In this document: piece by piece, positions 20,404 through 31,186 of the stretch
Position numbering within the stretch: position 1 is the first letter of the stretch
Layout of the letters: every line of letters begins with the position of its first letter
Notes under the pieces: generated by a model
Databases searched by the model: none
What the model was told of the DNA's origin: nothing
Seen by the model: only the letters and a program-made list of their open reading frames with translations
Made by a program: the position numbers and the translations under genes
Source of the DNA: Alphaproteobacteria bacterium
GTDB lineage: Bacteria; Pseudomonadota; Alphaproteobacteria; UBA8317
Reading direction: 5' to 3'
NCBI GenBank assembly: GCA_038131935.1
Contig: JAYPQH010000032.1
Coordinates: 179,302 to 243,301, forward strand
DNA length: 64,000 bases

Positions 20404-21396
20404 TTAGGGTCTAACAATAATTGTTCCGATCGGACGGCCCTCTTCTTGCCTAAGATGAGCACTAGCTATTTGCTCCAAGGTAAATTCGCTATCGATGCGT
20501 CGAGGAAAAAGACCTTGTTCTAAAGCCTTTGCAACGAGGCTTGCACAAGCGAGTTTCTCTTCTTCAGTGATTTCAAATATGGCAACACCATGAAGAGAAA
20601 TATTACGGTACATGTAAGGCGCCCAAGGCAGTTGAGGCTCGGGATTGCTCGCTGATCCATAACTCGCAATTTTCCCGTTCTGGGCTATAAATGACCATGC
20701 ATCTGACAAATGCGCACCCAAATCTACGTCCACCATCAAACGTGCCCCGGCTCCATTCGTGAGATCATGAACCGTTGTTTTGATCTGTTGAACATCGGGG
20801 GAAATGACCCAATTTGCGCCGGCCTTTTTTGCATCCTCTGCCCGCCGATCATCGCGGGCTGTAGCCAGTACCTGCGCACCCAACATTTTGGCAAGGACGA
20901 TTGCTGCATTACCAACAGCACCTGCACCACCTGTCACGATAACTAGGTCATCTGGTGAAATTTCTCCCAAACGTACCGCACGCGCAGCCGTCATGGCCGG
21001 GACCCCTAAACTTGCACCATGAGCAAAATCATCTTTATCAGCAAGGGGCATAGCCCTGGTTAAGGGGACAACGGTATACTCACTTGCAGCACCATCCCAA
21101 CGCTTGTGGGCACATTCCCAAGCCCAAACTCTTTTACCTATATGATGGGATGGAACATCAATACCAACATCCACAATCACACCGGCAGCATCAAAACCTG
21201 GGATCACCCTTGGATAGTTAAGAGCACCACGAAAGCCAGAGCGCCTTTTACAGTCTGTCGGATTCACCCCATGCGCCTCTACTTTGATGAGTACTTCGTT
21301 ATGAGCTGGTTGAGGTATTTCCAAGCTACCGACTTGCAAGACATCCTTCGCAGCACCGGTTTGATCATAAAATGCAGCTCTCATTGTATTTTGCAT
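20404..21396 (-). CDS. NADPH:quinone reductase-like MDR oxidoreductase
   Basis: GVNPTD, PRVIPGFDAAG, TGGAGAVG nucleotide-binding motif. Confidence 0.88.
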   Translation of the reverse strand: MQNTMRAAFYDQTGAAKDVLQVGSLEIPQPAHNEVLIKVEAHGVNPTDCKRRSGFRGALNYPRVIPGFDAAGVIVDVGIDVPSHHIGKRVWAWECAHKRWDGAASEYTVVPLTRAMPLADKDDFAHGASLGVPAMTAARAVRLGEISPDDLVIVTGGAGAVGNAAIVLAKMLGAQVLATARDDRRAEDAKKAGANWVISPDVQQIKTTVHDLTNGAGARLMVDVDLGAHLSDAWSFIAQNGKIASYGSASNPEPQLPWAPYMYRNISLHGVAIFEITEEEKLACASLVAKALEQGLFPRRIDSEFTLEQIASAHLRQEEGRPIGTIIVRP

Positions 21397-21432
21397 GAAA
21401 AATAGCCCTCTGCTTTACCTATCATTTAACAT

Positions 21433-22630
21433 TCAATTTCCGAATGATTTCTGCTGATCAAGAACTTCTTGCAATATGTTTGTTGGAACTTCAAATTGCT
21501 CCAAAACCTCTTTTGTATGCTCACCAAGACAAGGAGGCTGCAAACGCATGGGCAAATTTTTTCCATCCCAGCGACCAGGAGGTGATGCGTACATCACCTC
21601 ACCAGCATGAGGATGAATATGCTTTTGGAAAAAATTTACCTCACGCAGATGTTGATCATCCAATAGATCTTCAAGAGTGTTCACTGCACCACAGGCAATT
21701 TCCGCTGACTGTAACAATGCTAACCATTCTTGAGTAGTTCGTGTTGGCATAACCTCTTCAACCAAAGCATATACATCATTAATGTTTTCCGATCGGGCCA
21801 ACATCGTTGCAAATTTAGGATCATTAATGAGTTCAGGTCGATCGATAATTTGAAAGAAACGGGCCCATTGACGATCATGGTAAGCCAACATGCACAAATG
21901 GCCATCTTTGGTAGGGAATGCTCTACGGAATCTCGATACTGCGCGTTCATAGCCCATACGTCCCTCTGGTGGCTGGAAACGATGACCAGCCAATTGTTCC
22001 ACCATGGTAAAAGCAACCATGGTTTCATACATCGGCACCTCTACATGTCCACCAACACCGGTACGTAATTTTTGAATCAAAGCAGATTGAAGTGCAGATA
22101 CGGCCATCAATGCTGATGTTTTGTCTGCAATAATGGAGGGTATCAATGAGGGTGTACCATCTCGTGCGGTAAAGCTTCCCGCAAGACCTGACTGACCTTG
22201 GATGACATCGTCATAGGCAGGCATATCTGCCCATGGTCCGTTCTGGCCATAACCTACAAGTTCACCATATATGATGCCCGGATTTAGCGTTTTCACATAT
22301 TCATAACCAAATCCTAGCGCCTTGATTTTTGCCGCACGCATATTGTGCACAAAAAAATCAGCCCGACGGCAAAGATGGCGCAAAGCGTCCTTCCCAGTTT
22401 CAGATTTCAAATCTAAGCAAATAGACCTTTTGTTACGATTTAACCCCATGAATAATGCGGACAAGACCACCTTCCTTTGTGGGGGTAATATGACGGACAT
22501 CATCCCCACGCAAAGGTTCTATCTTGATAACATCAGCCCCTAAATCTCCCAAAATTTGTGTGGTGTATGGTCCATAGACAACAGCGGTTAAGTCAAGAAC
22601 CATCAAATCTTTTAAAGGAAGTTGTGCCAT
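21433..22630 (-). CDS. CaiB/BaiF family III CoA-transferase (frameshift near 22480)
   Basis: VLDLTAVVYGPY...LGDLGADVIKIE, NRNKRSICLDLK, PAYDDVIQ, catalytic IADK. Confidence 0.9.
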
Positions 22631-23791
22631 TATTTTGCTCTTTGATTAAAACGACGACCAACCAACGACGACGCGAGATTGCTCTTTTGGATATCGATAC
22701 TTCCACCCGCGATACCCCATCCCCAAGCATCACGCATTTTTTGTTCGATCGGATATTCACGCGAATAACCGTATCCACCCATAAGTTGCATGGCCTTTCC
22801 CGTAACGTCTCGCACAATCTCGTTGGCAAAGCATTTGGCAATTGACGCATCACCCATGGATGGCAGTCCTGCTTGCGCGTTGGTGACAGCGCGGTACAGT
22901 AACAGGCGAGCAGCATCAACTTTCATTTTCATCTCAGCAAGATGAATCTGAACTGCTTGGAAATCAACCAAGGGCTTACCAAATTGTTCACGTTCTTGGG
23001 TATAGTCCAACACATAATCCAAAGCAGATTGTGCAATGGCTAAGCTCATGGTCGTGTTTCCACAGCGCTCTAGATCAAAAGCATCCATCAAGTGCTTGAA
23101 CCCGCCTGCAGGCACCAGCATGTAATGTTTTGGCACCCGTACATTATCAAAATACATATCGCATGATGGTACGCCAGTGAAACCCATATGGCGCTCCGCC
23201 TTGCCAAAAGTAAACCCAGGACAGTCCTTTGGCACAAATACCGCACCGATTCCCTTTGCACCAGGATCATCAGACATCCTAGCATACACAACATAACCAT
23301 GAGCGTGACCAGCACCAGAACTCCAGCGTTTCTGACCATTAATCACCACCTCATTTCCTTCGATTTTGGCAGTGGTTTTCAAGTCAGTCAGTGCGGTTCC
23401 AGCTTGAGGTTCAGACATGGAAATAGCCACCATCATATCACCTGAACAAACCTTGGGAAGAACTTCCCTTTTCAATGTCTCATTACCCAGATGTGCAATC
23501 GCTAAAGATGGTCCAAAGGAGGCTTCAAAGACAGGCCACGCACTTGCTATGGATACTTTTGCTAATTCTTCAAGAACAATAACAGCATCTAAATGAGAGA
23601 CCAAGCCCACCATATTGTGGATCGAGATTGATACCCAAGAAACCCAATTGTGCGAACTGTTTGGTCATTTCCTCTGAAACGGGATTTCCGGTTTCTTCAA
23701 TCTGTTTGGCCTCCTCAACCAGTTTTTCACGTGCAAATCGTTGGGCGGTTTCGCGCAAGGCCAATTGATCATCGCTTAACTGAAAATCCAT
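22630..23791 (-). CDS. Acyl-CoA dehydrogenase family protein (frameshift near 23610)
   Basis: MDFQLSDDQ, MSEPQAGT, INGQKRW, REQFGKP, GGYGYSREY. Confidence 0.9.
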
Positions 23792-23894
23792 AGGTATCAT
23801 GCTCCAAGTTACGGTTGTATTGATTATGAGTTTGCTTAATACTACTTACGTCGCAGAATTTTCTCATGATTTCCAGCCCTAAGTAAGGTAAAAT

Positions 23895-25115
23895 ATGACC
23901 CATGAAATGGCCCTTGAAGGTCTTACAGTTCTTGATCTCAGTCGCGTACTTGCTGGCCCTTGGTGTACACAGACACTTGCTGACTTGGGCGCGGAAGTCA
24001 TCAAAGTTGAAAAACCGGGACAAGGAGATGACACGCGGGGATGGGGTCCACCCTTTTTGGATGGAACCACAGATGCTGCTTATTTCACTTGTTGCAACAG
24101 GAACAAGCACTCAGTGGCCATTGATTTTTCAACAAAGGAAGGTAGCGAGCTGGTTCGAAAACTTGCAAAAAATGCGGATATCTTGGTTGAAAATTATAAG
24201 TTGGGTGGGCTTAAAAAATATGGGTTGGATTATGCTAGCCTAGCAAAAGAGAACCCGGCACTGATTTATTGTTCCATTACTGGATTTGGTCAGACTGGTC
24301 CTTACGCGCATCGTGCTGGCTATGATTTTTTGGTTCAAGGCATGAGTGGCATGATGAGCGTTACGGGTGCCCCAGACCATTTAGAAGGTGGGGGTCCTGT
24401 CAAAGCAGGTGTTGCAATTTCTGATTTGTTTACAGGACTTTACGCAACAACAAGCATCTTGGCTGCGGTACAGTACCGACATAAAACAGGCAAAGGACAA
24501 CATATCGACTGTGCACTACTGGACTGCCAAGTTGCCTTGATGGCCAATCAGGCGGCCAACTATCTGGTTGGAGGAATGGTACCTGGTAGATTTGGTAACA
24601 ATCATCCAAATGTTGTTCCCTATCGTGTTTATCAGGTCTCAGATGGCTATATCATTATCGCTTGTGGAAATGATGGACAATTTCAAAGATTATGTGATGC
24701 ATTAAACATACCAGAACTTCACGGGGATGCACGTTTTTTGACCAATGCACTACGTATCATCAACCGGGATGAACTGGACCCGTTAATCGAGAATGCTACG
24801 AGAAAGTTCACCAAAGATGAAGCTTTATCAAAACTTGAACAGCATCAGGTACCTGGTGGTCCCATCAATGATCTACCAGATGTTTTTGCGGACCCGCATA
24901 TACAAGCCAGATCTATGCAGCAAACATTGACAAGACCCGATGGAACAGATGTCACAGTCGCATCTTTTCCGGTAAAACTGTCAGAAACTCCCGCTGCCCA
25001 TCGTAGTGCACCCCCACAACTAGGAAACGCTACCTTTGATGTTTTGCGCGACAAACTTGGTATCACACCAGAGGATCTAAAAGAATTGGCCGAGGGTGGT
25101 TTAATCCAAGGTTAA
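23895..25115 (+). CDS. CaiB/BaiF family III CoA-transferase
   Basis: LDLSRVLAGPWC, GDDTRGWGPP, NRNKHS, SITGFGQTGP, GVAISD. Confidence 0.93.
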   Translation: MTHEMALEGLTVLDLSRVLAGPWCTQTLADLGAEVIKVEKPGQGDDTRGWGPPFLDGTTDAAYFTCCNRNKHSVAIDFSTKEGSELVRKLAKNADILVENYKLGGLKKYGLDYASLAKENPALIYCSITGFGQTGPYAHRAGYDFLVQGMSGMMSVTGAPDHLEGGGPVKAGVAISDLFTGLYATTSILAAVQYRHKTGKGQHIDCALLDCQVALMANQAANYLVGGMVPGRFGNNHPNVVPYRVYQVSDGYIIIACGNDGQFQRLCDALNIPELHGDARFLTNALRIINRDELDPLIENATRKFTKDEALSKLEQHQVPGGPINDLPDVFADPHIQARSMQQTLTRPDGTDVTVASFPVKLSETPAAHRSAPPQLGNATFDVLRDKLGITPEDLKELAEGGLIQG

Positions 25116-25116
25116 A

Positions 25117-26130
25117 TCAGCGTAATCCTGGCTTGCCACGTGTGGTTGAATGTTCATGATGAAGCGCAACATCTGGATAGATATGATGAAAAGCTTGATG
25201 ACAAGCTTGGGTTGCTTCAGCAAAACCTGTAAGGATCAGCTTAAGTTTATGAGGGTATCGAGCGACATCTCCTACAGCATATATGCCTGGGATGTTTGTG
25301 GTCATTGTTTCTGAATCAACAACCAATCCACCATCGATGATCTCAAAGCCCATCCCTTCAAGGTCTGACATATCATGTTTCAAGCCATAAAAAGGCAGAA
25401 GAATATCAGCTTCAAGAAGTTTTTCCTCATCTGCTTGTTTGATGCCGACATGCGTCAAGATTCCACTCTCTCCATGAACAGAAGATAGTTGTGCAGGAAC
25501 ATGCATGCTAATCACATCATCAGCAGCTAATTGCTTCATCTTTTGAACCATAGATGGAGCAGCACGGAAACGATCGCGACGATGAACAACGTGAAGTTTT
25601 TCAGCGTATTCACTCAGAAGCACTGCCCAATCTACAGCGCTATCCCCACCGCCAGCGATGACAACTTTTTTATTCTTGAATATTTGTGGTTGGGTTACTG
25701 AATATCGAACATGTTCCGGCTCATATTGCGTTAACCCTACAAGAGGTGGCCTGTTTGGACCAAATGCACCTGCACCTGCAGCCACTATAATTGTTTTGGC
25801 ATGGACATAAGTCCCGTCGTCTAAACTTATTTCAAAAAGTTCAGGTATTTTGTGTATTTTTTTTACCCGTCGGCGCAACAAGAAATGCGGTTCAAAAACT
25901 TGTGCCTGACGGTGCAAGCGCTCAATCAATTCGCCTCCGGTTACGGAAGCAAAAGCTGGAATATCATAAATCGGCTTGGTCGGGTACAATGCTGCACATT
26001 GCCCTCCTATTTCATCCAAACCATCAACGACCACGCAGTTGAGCCCAAGTTGTCCAGCGGCGAAGACGGAGAATAACCCAACCGGCCCCGCTCCAATAAC
26101 AGCCATATCAAAAATTTTTCTCTGTTCCAT
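25117..26130 (-). CDS. Ferredoxin--NADP+ reductase, thioredoxin-reductase-like type
   Basis: GAGPVG, GGQCAALYPTKPIYDIP, GGGDSAVDWA, HRRDRFRA, LKLILTGFAEA, HSTT. Confidence 0.9.
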   Translation of the reverse strand: MEQRKIFDMAVIGAGPVGLFSVFAAGQLGLNCVVVDGLDEIGGQCAALYPTKPIYDIPAFASVTGGELIERLHRQAQVFEPHFLLRRRVKKIHKIPELFEISLDDGTYVHAKTIIVAAGAGAFGPNRPPLVGLTQYEPEHVRYSVTQPQIFKNKKVVIAGGGDSAVDWAVLLSEYAEKLHVVHRRDRFRAAPSMVQKMKQLAADDVISMHVPAQLSSVHGESGILTHVGIKQADEEKLLEADILLPFYGLKHDMSDLEGMGFEIIDGGLVVDSETMTTNIPGIYAVGDVARYPHKLKLILTGFAEATQACHQAFHHIYPDVALHHEHSTTRGKPGLR

Positions 26131-26275
26131 GGGCTTGATGTAATATGCTTTGGTTGTTTTGGCTACGGGGAAAATATTTTGCCTGAGGGGAAGATGATGA
26201 CAGGACAAGTACTTAGACCGTATAGCGTTGTCTTAAGTATCATAAGAAAAAAAGCGACATAAGGATGAGCATGTC

Positions 26276-27124
26276 ATGAAAGAATTTGTGATCACCATTT
26301 CATGTGACGATCAGGTAGGTATCGTTGCTGGCCTCACAACAGAAATATCAGCTCAACGTTGGAACATTACAGACAGTGCACAATTTTGGGAGCAAACCAG
26401 CAACCAATTTTTTATGCGCATCGCCTTTGCTGCAAAAGATAATGTTGAGAGAATAGATGTGGAGCGAATATTAACGCCGGTTGTCAATCGATTTGGAATG
26501 AGCATCAAAATCCATGATCTCTCCGAAAAACAACGTATTGTGATCATGGTCTCCAAATTTGATCATGCCCTTCGTCATTTGCTGTATCAAGTTCAAGTAG
26601 GTTGGCTAAATGCTGAAATTGTCGCTATTGTATCCAATCACGAAGATGCGCAAGCTATAGCAGAAAATGCCGACATTCCATTTTACCATATGCCCATCAA
26701 CAAACAGAATAAGGCTGAACAAGAAGCCCAATTCCTTAATCTGTTATATGAATTGAGAACCGACGTCGTTGTACTTGCGCGCTATATGCAAATCTTATCG
26801 CATGACCTTTGCAATCGCCTCTATGGGAAAGTTATCAATATCCACCATTCATTTTTACCTAGCTTCAAAGGGGCAAAGCCCTATCACCAAGCTCATGCGC
26901 GGGGTGTAAAGATTATAGGAGCCACCGCTCATTATGTGACCACTGACCTTGATGAAGGTCCGATTATAGAACAAGAAACCATAAGGGTTAAACATTCACA
27001 TACCGCTGAAGATTTGCTTGCCCATGGCAGAGATATTGAGGCGAGGGTATTGTCACGTGCTGTCAAATTACATGTGGAAGGGCGGGTCTTAATAAATGGT
27101 CACACAACAATTGTTCTTGAGTGA
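26276..27124 (+). CDS. purU: Formyltetrahydrofolate deformylase
   Basis: N-terminal ACT domain; LARYMQIL, INIHHSFLPSFKGAKPYHQA, LDEGPII. Confidence 0.95.
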   Translation: MKEFVITISCDDQVGIVAGLTTEISAQRWNITDSAQFWEQTSNQFFMRIAFAAKDNVERIDVERILTPVVNRFGMSIKIHDLSEKQRIVIMVSKFDHALRHLLYQVQVGWLNAEIVAIVSNHEDAQAIAENADIPFYHMPINKQNKAEQEAQFLNLLYELRTDVVVLARYMQILSHDLCNRLYGKVINIHHSFLPSFKGAKPYHQAHARGVKIIGATAHYVTTDLDEGPIIEQETIRVKHSHTAEDLLAHGRDIEARVLSRAVKLHVEGRVLINGHTTIVLE

Positions 27125-27131
27125 GCCACAT

Positions 27132-27162
27132 AAAAAGCCTTCGCTAATTTGATAGCGAAGGC
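27132..27162 (-). terminator. Intrinsic terminator between convergent purU and ABC operon
   Basis: GCCTTCGCTA-ATTTGA-TAGCGAAGGC with A5 on the left (U-tail on the minus strand). Confidence 0.7.
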
Positions 27163-27233
27163 CGTGGAAAGCCCAGGAAAATCTGGGAGAAACATTGCGC
27201 CATAGACTTTAATCCAGGACAAATACCTTCATA

Positions 27234-28286
27234 CTAAGCATGCTCAGCTTGAATTTCTTCAATTGTCGGACGTTTCATGCCGCGTATAAGATCTGCGATA
27301 GACAATACCCCAACCCGTTGATTGCTCCGGTTATGTATCACAGCATGTTCAACATTATTCTCTGCAAAAAATTGCAACGCTTGTTCTAAAGTCGTGGCAC
27401 CGCTCATTGAGGGCCCTTCTACACTGGGGTCGTCTGCATGCATAATGGCACGGACACGCAAAACACGAGCCCTGTTAATGTCTTTCATAAAGTCAGCCAC
27501 ATACGCATCGGCTGGTTTCATCAAAATATTTTGTGGATCATCAGTTTGAATAATCATCCCATCGCGCAAGATGGCGATGTTATCGCCTATTCTCAGCGCT
27601 TCATCTAAGTCATGCGTGATGAAGACGATGGATTTATGAAGCTCTTCCTGCAAATCAAGCAAGATATCTTGCATCTCAGTCCTGATGAGTGGGTCTAAAG
27701 CAGAAAAGGCTTCATCCATCAACAAAATATCGGCATCTGTTGTTAACGCACGTGCCAAACCCACCCGTTGCTGCATACCACCTGATAATTGGGCAGGATA
27801 GTAATCTTCATACCCAGATAGGCCAACACGCGAAATCCAACGTTCCGCACGCGTACGGACATCATCTCCTTTGAGACCTTGAATATTCAAACCGAAGGAA
27901 ACATTTTCGATGACTGTCCTATGAGGGAAAAGCGCAAATTTTTGAAAAACCATTGAGATTTTATGACGCCTTAAATCACGCAACTCATTTTTGTTCATGC
28001 CTAGGACATTGATGTTATCAATGATAATTTCCCCGCTGGTGGGTTCAATCAACCTGTTAATATGACGGATAAGGGTGGACTTCCCAGAACCAGATAGTCC
28101 CATGATAACTTGTATTTGATTACGAGGCATCTCCAAGTTGATGTCACTTAATCCCAATACATGACCGGTCTTTTCCAGCAATTCATCCTTTCCAACACCA
28201 TCTTGTACAAGCTCAAGTGCTTTTTGAGGATTCGGACCAAAAATTTTGTATAAGTTTTTAATGGTAATGATACTATCCATGCTCAA
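27234..28286 (-). CDS. proV: Glycine betaine/proline-type ABC transporter ATP-binding protein
   Basis: GLSGSGKST, LSGGMQQRVGLARAL, MDEAFSALDPLIR, C-terminal CBS-like region. Confidence 0.9.
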   Translation of the reverse strand: MSMDSIITIKNLYKIFGPNPQKALELVQDGVGKDELLEKTGHVLGLSDINLEMPRNQIQVIMGLSGSGKSTLIRHINRLIEPTSGEIIIDNINVLGMNKNELRDLRRHKISMVFQKFALFPHRTVIENVSFGLNIQGLKGDDVRTRAERWISRVGLSGYEDYYPAQLSGGMQQRVGLARALTTDADILLMDEAFSALDPLIRTEMQDILLDLQEELHKSIVFITHDLDEALRIGDNIAILRDGMIIQTDDPQNILMKPADAYVADFMKDINRARVLRVRAIMHADDPSVEGPSMSGATTLEQALQFFAENNVEHAVIHNRSNQRVGVLSIADLIRGMKRPTIEEIQAEHA

Positions 28287-29166
28287 TGACCCATTTCCTG
28301 ATGCTTCTGCAATCTTTTTCCAAGTCTTTGCGTAACACGGTCAAAAATAATCGCGAGCGCAACAATGGCCAAACCATTCATCAGCCCAAGGGCTAAATAC
28401 TGGTTAGAAATTGCCTGTAAAACAGGAATGCCAAGTCCTTTCACACCAATCATCGATGCAATCACAACCATGGACAAAGCCATCATAATGGTTTGGTTTA
28501 CACCTGCAAAAATGTTTGGAAGCGCCAATGGAATTTGGACGCCTACAAGTCTCTGATAAACACTCGCACCAAATGCATCAGCAGCTTCAAGCACTTGTTT
28601 GTCAACAAGCCGAATACCTAAGTTGGTTAAGCGAACAATAGGTGGAAGCGCATAAATACACACAGCCAAAAGACCAGGGACCTTCCCAATCCCCAACAAC
28701 ATCACCACGGGTATCAAATATACAAATGAGGGTATGGTTTGCATAACATCCAATATAGGTGTGATGATACCCTGCAAGCGATCTGAGCGCGACATTAAAA
28801 TGCCGATAGGTATGCCCACCCCAATACAGATCATGGTGGCCACTGAAATCATGGCCAATGTGGATAAAGTGTCTTTCCACATACCTAAATAACCAATGGC
28901 GAGAAAGCAGACAACGGACCCCAATGTCACGAACTTACTTCGTGAGCCTAACCATGCCAACAAAGCCACACCGACTATGACAACAGGCCAAGGTGCCGCC
29001 AATAAAAGCTTTTCTAGCCAAATCAAAAATTGCAAAAGTGGATCAAAGAAATCCTCTAGTGCCTCACCATAGGCCCTGGAAAATTCTCTGAAGCCCCGTC
29101 GATATCACGACGCAGTTCCATAAGATCACGTCGCCCCATAGCTGGGAAATCGTCAAAAAAACTCAT
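28283..29166 (-). CDS. proW: Glycine betaine/proline-type ABC permease (frameshift near 29095)
   Basis: LDVMQTIPSFVYLIP, RLTNLGIR, EAADAFG, AGVNQTIM; likely start ATG 29166 (MSFFDDFPAM). Confidence 0.88.
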
Positions 29167-29190
29167 AAAATCCTCTAAATTTTGAGTTAA

Positions 29191-29213
29191 GGGGTGGCTT
29201 ACACGGCCACCCC
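29191..29213 (-). terminator. Stem-loop downstream of the ABC SBP gene
   Basis: GGGGTGGC-TTACACG-GCCACCCC. Confidence 0.55.
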
Positions 29214-29237
29214 CTCTGTCTGGTTTGACTTGGTAAA

Positions 29238-30254
29238 TTACAGAGCAGCTTTGATTTTCTTTGCTGCGTCTTCACTCACCCAAGTTGTCCAGATGTCTTC
29301 ATGCTTCACCAAAAACTCTATGGCTGCATCAGCACCATTCGCTTGATTGTCTGTCATGAAGACCAACATGCTGTTCATGACATCACCAGGATACGTCCTC
29401 TTTGCAAGGTAAGCCGCTGCGTCTCCGCCACGGTTTGCAAAATCCGTTGTAATGATCGAACGCACCTCTGATTTTGTCCAACTTGAAGGCTTTGGATTTG
29501 CACATTCTTGTTCTGGTTTAACAATACAACCATCCCAGTTTTCTGCGCCAGCCCACTTTGCTTCAAAAGGCAACATTTGAAGATTATACTTGCCCACAAC
29601 CGCAGTTGGGTTCCAATAATAACCAAACCAATATTCACCTCTGTTCGCCGCCTTAGCAATAGAACCATCAAGGCCCGCAGCTGAACCTGGGTCAACCAAA
29701 ACCCATCCTTTGGCTTCCATATCGAACGCGCGATAGAGGTTAGCATTGGCAAGTTGGCAACCCCAACCAGCTGGGCATCCCATGAACGCGCCTTTGCTAT
29801 TGTCTTCAGCATAAGGGAACAGATCCGGACGCGCGAGTACTTTTTCCACTGTATCTAACTCAGGATGATCCTTACGGAATTTCGCGGTCACCCACCAACC
29901 TTCGCCAAGACCTGTGATAGGTGCTCCATTAATTCCTTGTAAACGACCCTCATTGATCGCTTTCTCCAGAGGTCCTCGGTATGCATTAACCCACATCTCT
30001 GGTGCAACGTCTGGCTTTGCCTTTTCATTCATGGATGTGAATGTTGGCATCGTATCCCCAGGAATAACGCTTGCGTTACACCCATAACCTTCTTGAAGAA
30101 TAAATTGATCAACATTGGCCATCAGCTGTGCTGAGGCCCAGTTCATTTCCGCAATTGTGATATCACCACAGTCTGCGCGCGCAATGTCAGCCGTAGATAG
30201 GCTCACGGTTACGGCAGCCGCGCACAAAATGGCGGTTCCGGTTACCCGTTTCAT
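29238..30254 (-). CDS. Quaternary-amine (betaine/proline-type) ABC substrate-binding protein
   Basis: Signal peptide, CGDITIAEMNWASA, GYGC, CPAGWGC, GYYWNP; AAGGAG RBS before ATG 30254. Confidence 0.88.
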   Translation of the reverse strand: MKRVTGTAILCAAAVTVSLSTADIARADCGDITIAEMNWASAQLMANVDQFILQEGYGCNASVIPGDTMPTFTSMNEKAKPDVAPEMWVNAYRGPLEKAINEGRLQGINGAPITGLGEGWWVTAKFRKDHPELDTVEKVLARPDLFPYAEDNSKGAFMGCPAGWGCQLANANLYRAFDMEAKGWVLVDPGSAAGLDGSIAKAANRGEYWFGYYWNPTAVVGKYNLQMLPFEAKWAGAENWDGCIVKPEQECANPKPSSWTKSEVRSIITTDFANRGGDAAAYLAKRTYPGDVMNSMLVFMTDNQANGADAAIEFLVKHEDIWTTWVSEDAAKKIKAAL

Positions 30255-30670
30255 ATGTGTCTCCTTTTGTTCACACTCTGATTTCACAAGGTTCGAAAAA
30301 ATCTGCTCGACAGAACAGTTAAGGTGAAAAACTGCTGCACCACCACAAACAGATCCCAACACAAACCTCGAAGTAACATCCCACCAGGGACGCGCGCTTA
30401 TCTAAACATGCCAAGAAAGGAATTGCAAATTTTAACCTAAAGCTATGAAAAGCAACATAATTATGCCATCAGAAACCAAAATGGGATGCATAGTGCGATA
30501 ATAACAGCGATTACGCGCAAACGAGTTGATGACAAAACAGGTTCCCCCGTGCAGAATTCAAGCATGAGTAGTGAACAATTTCAGCGCTTATGCCAATTAT
30601 CCTAAAGTATGCAAGATCAGTCTTAACCACGTATTTAAATTGAATTTTTCAAAAAATTTTTTACAAAAAA

Positions 30671-31135
30671 TCAATGAACACGGCGCGCATGCGCGGTGAA
30701 AACAACATAATCACCACGCATTCCGCGCTTAATAACACTTCCTTGGGAAAAAGACCAAATGGAGGTAACGACAGCCCCTAGAAGAGCAGATATGCGAGGT
30801 AGAGTTGCGGCAGATGAGCGCAAGTCTAACATGCTTGCCTCATCCAATGCGAGACAAACTTTATCTTGTACAATCATTGGCATAAAACCATGGGCATCAT
30901 CCCCTGATCGGACAAAAACTAGGCACCATTTTTCGACAGTTGCGTTTGGCTCTTCATAAACGTCCTGTAAATCGATGGGGGCGTTCTCTATCAACGCAAT
31001 GATTGCTTTATCGATAATATCATGTCCCTTTGCTTTACCATAAACATGGATACCTTCGAATCTAGGCAACAACATTCCCAAATCTCGCTCGTGAACCATT
31101 TCTTTTTCTGGGTTCTCCGCCAAATTAATCTCCAA
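30671..31135 (-). CDS. Hypothetical protein
   Basis: 154-aa ORF filling the gap, co-oriented with neighbours; no motif recognised. Confidence 0.5.
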   Translation of the reverse strand: MEINLAENPEKEMVHERDLGMLLPRFEGIHVYGKAKGHDIIDKAIIALIENAPIDLQDVYEEPNATVEKWCLVFVRSGDDAHGFMPMIVQDKVCLALDEASMLDLRSSAATLPRISALLGAVVTSIWSFSQGSVIKRGMRGDYVVFTAHARRVH

Positions 31136-31186
31136 CTTTTATCACATTTTGATGAACATACCCTCACCAATCAAAGGGGTATTGGG

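Noticed and set aside
29238-30254. SBP as the TMAO-binding protein TmoX
   Set aside because: No tdm or tmm genes nearby and I cannot support the assignment from motifs; left as a generic quaternary-amine SBP.
30620-30640. Possible CtrA box (TTAA...TTAA)
   Set aside because: Spacing is 8 nt rather than the canonical 7, in AT-rich sequence.
30255-30670. Riboswitch or sRNA upstream of the betaine-type SBP
   Set aside because: No SAM, glycine or cobalamin riboswitch consensus recognised by eye; a covariance-model search would be needed.
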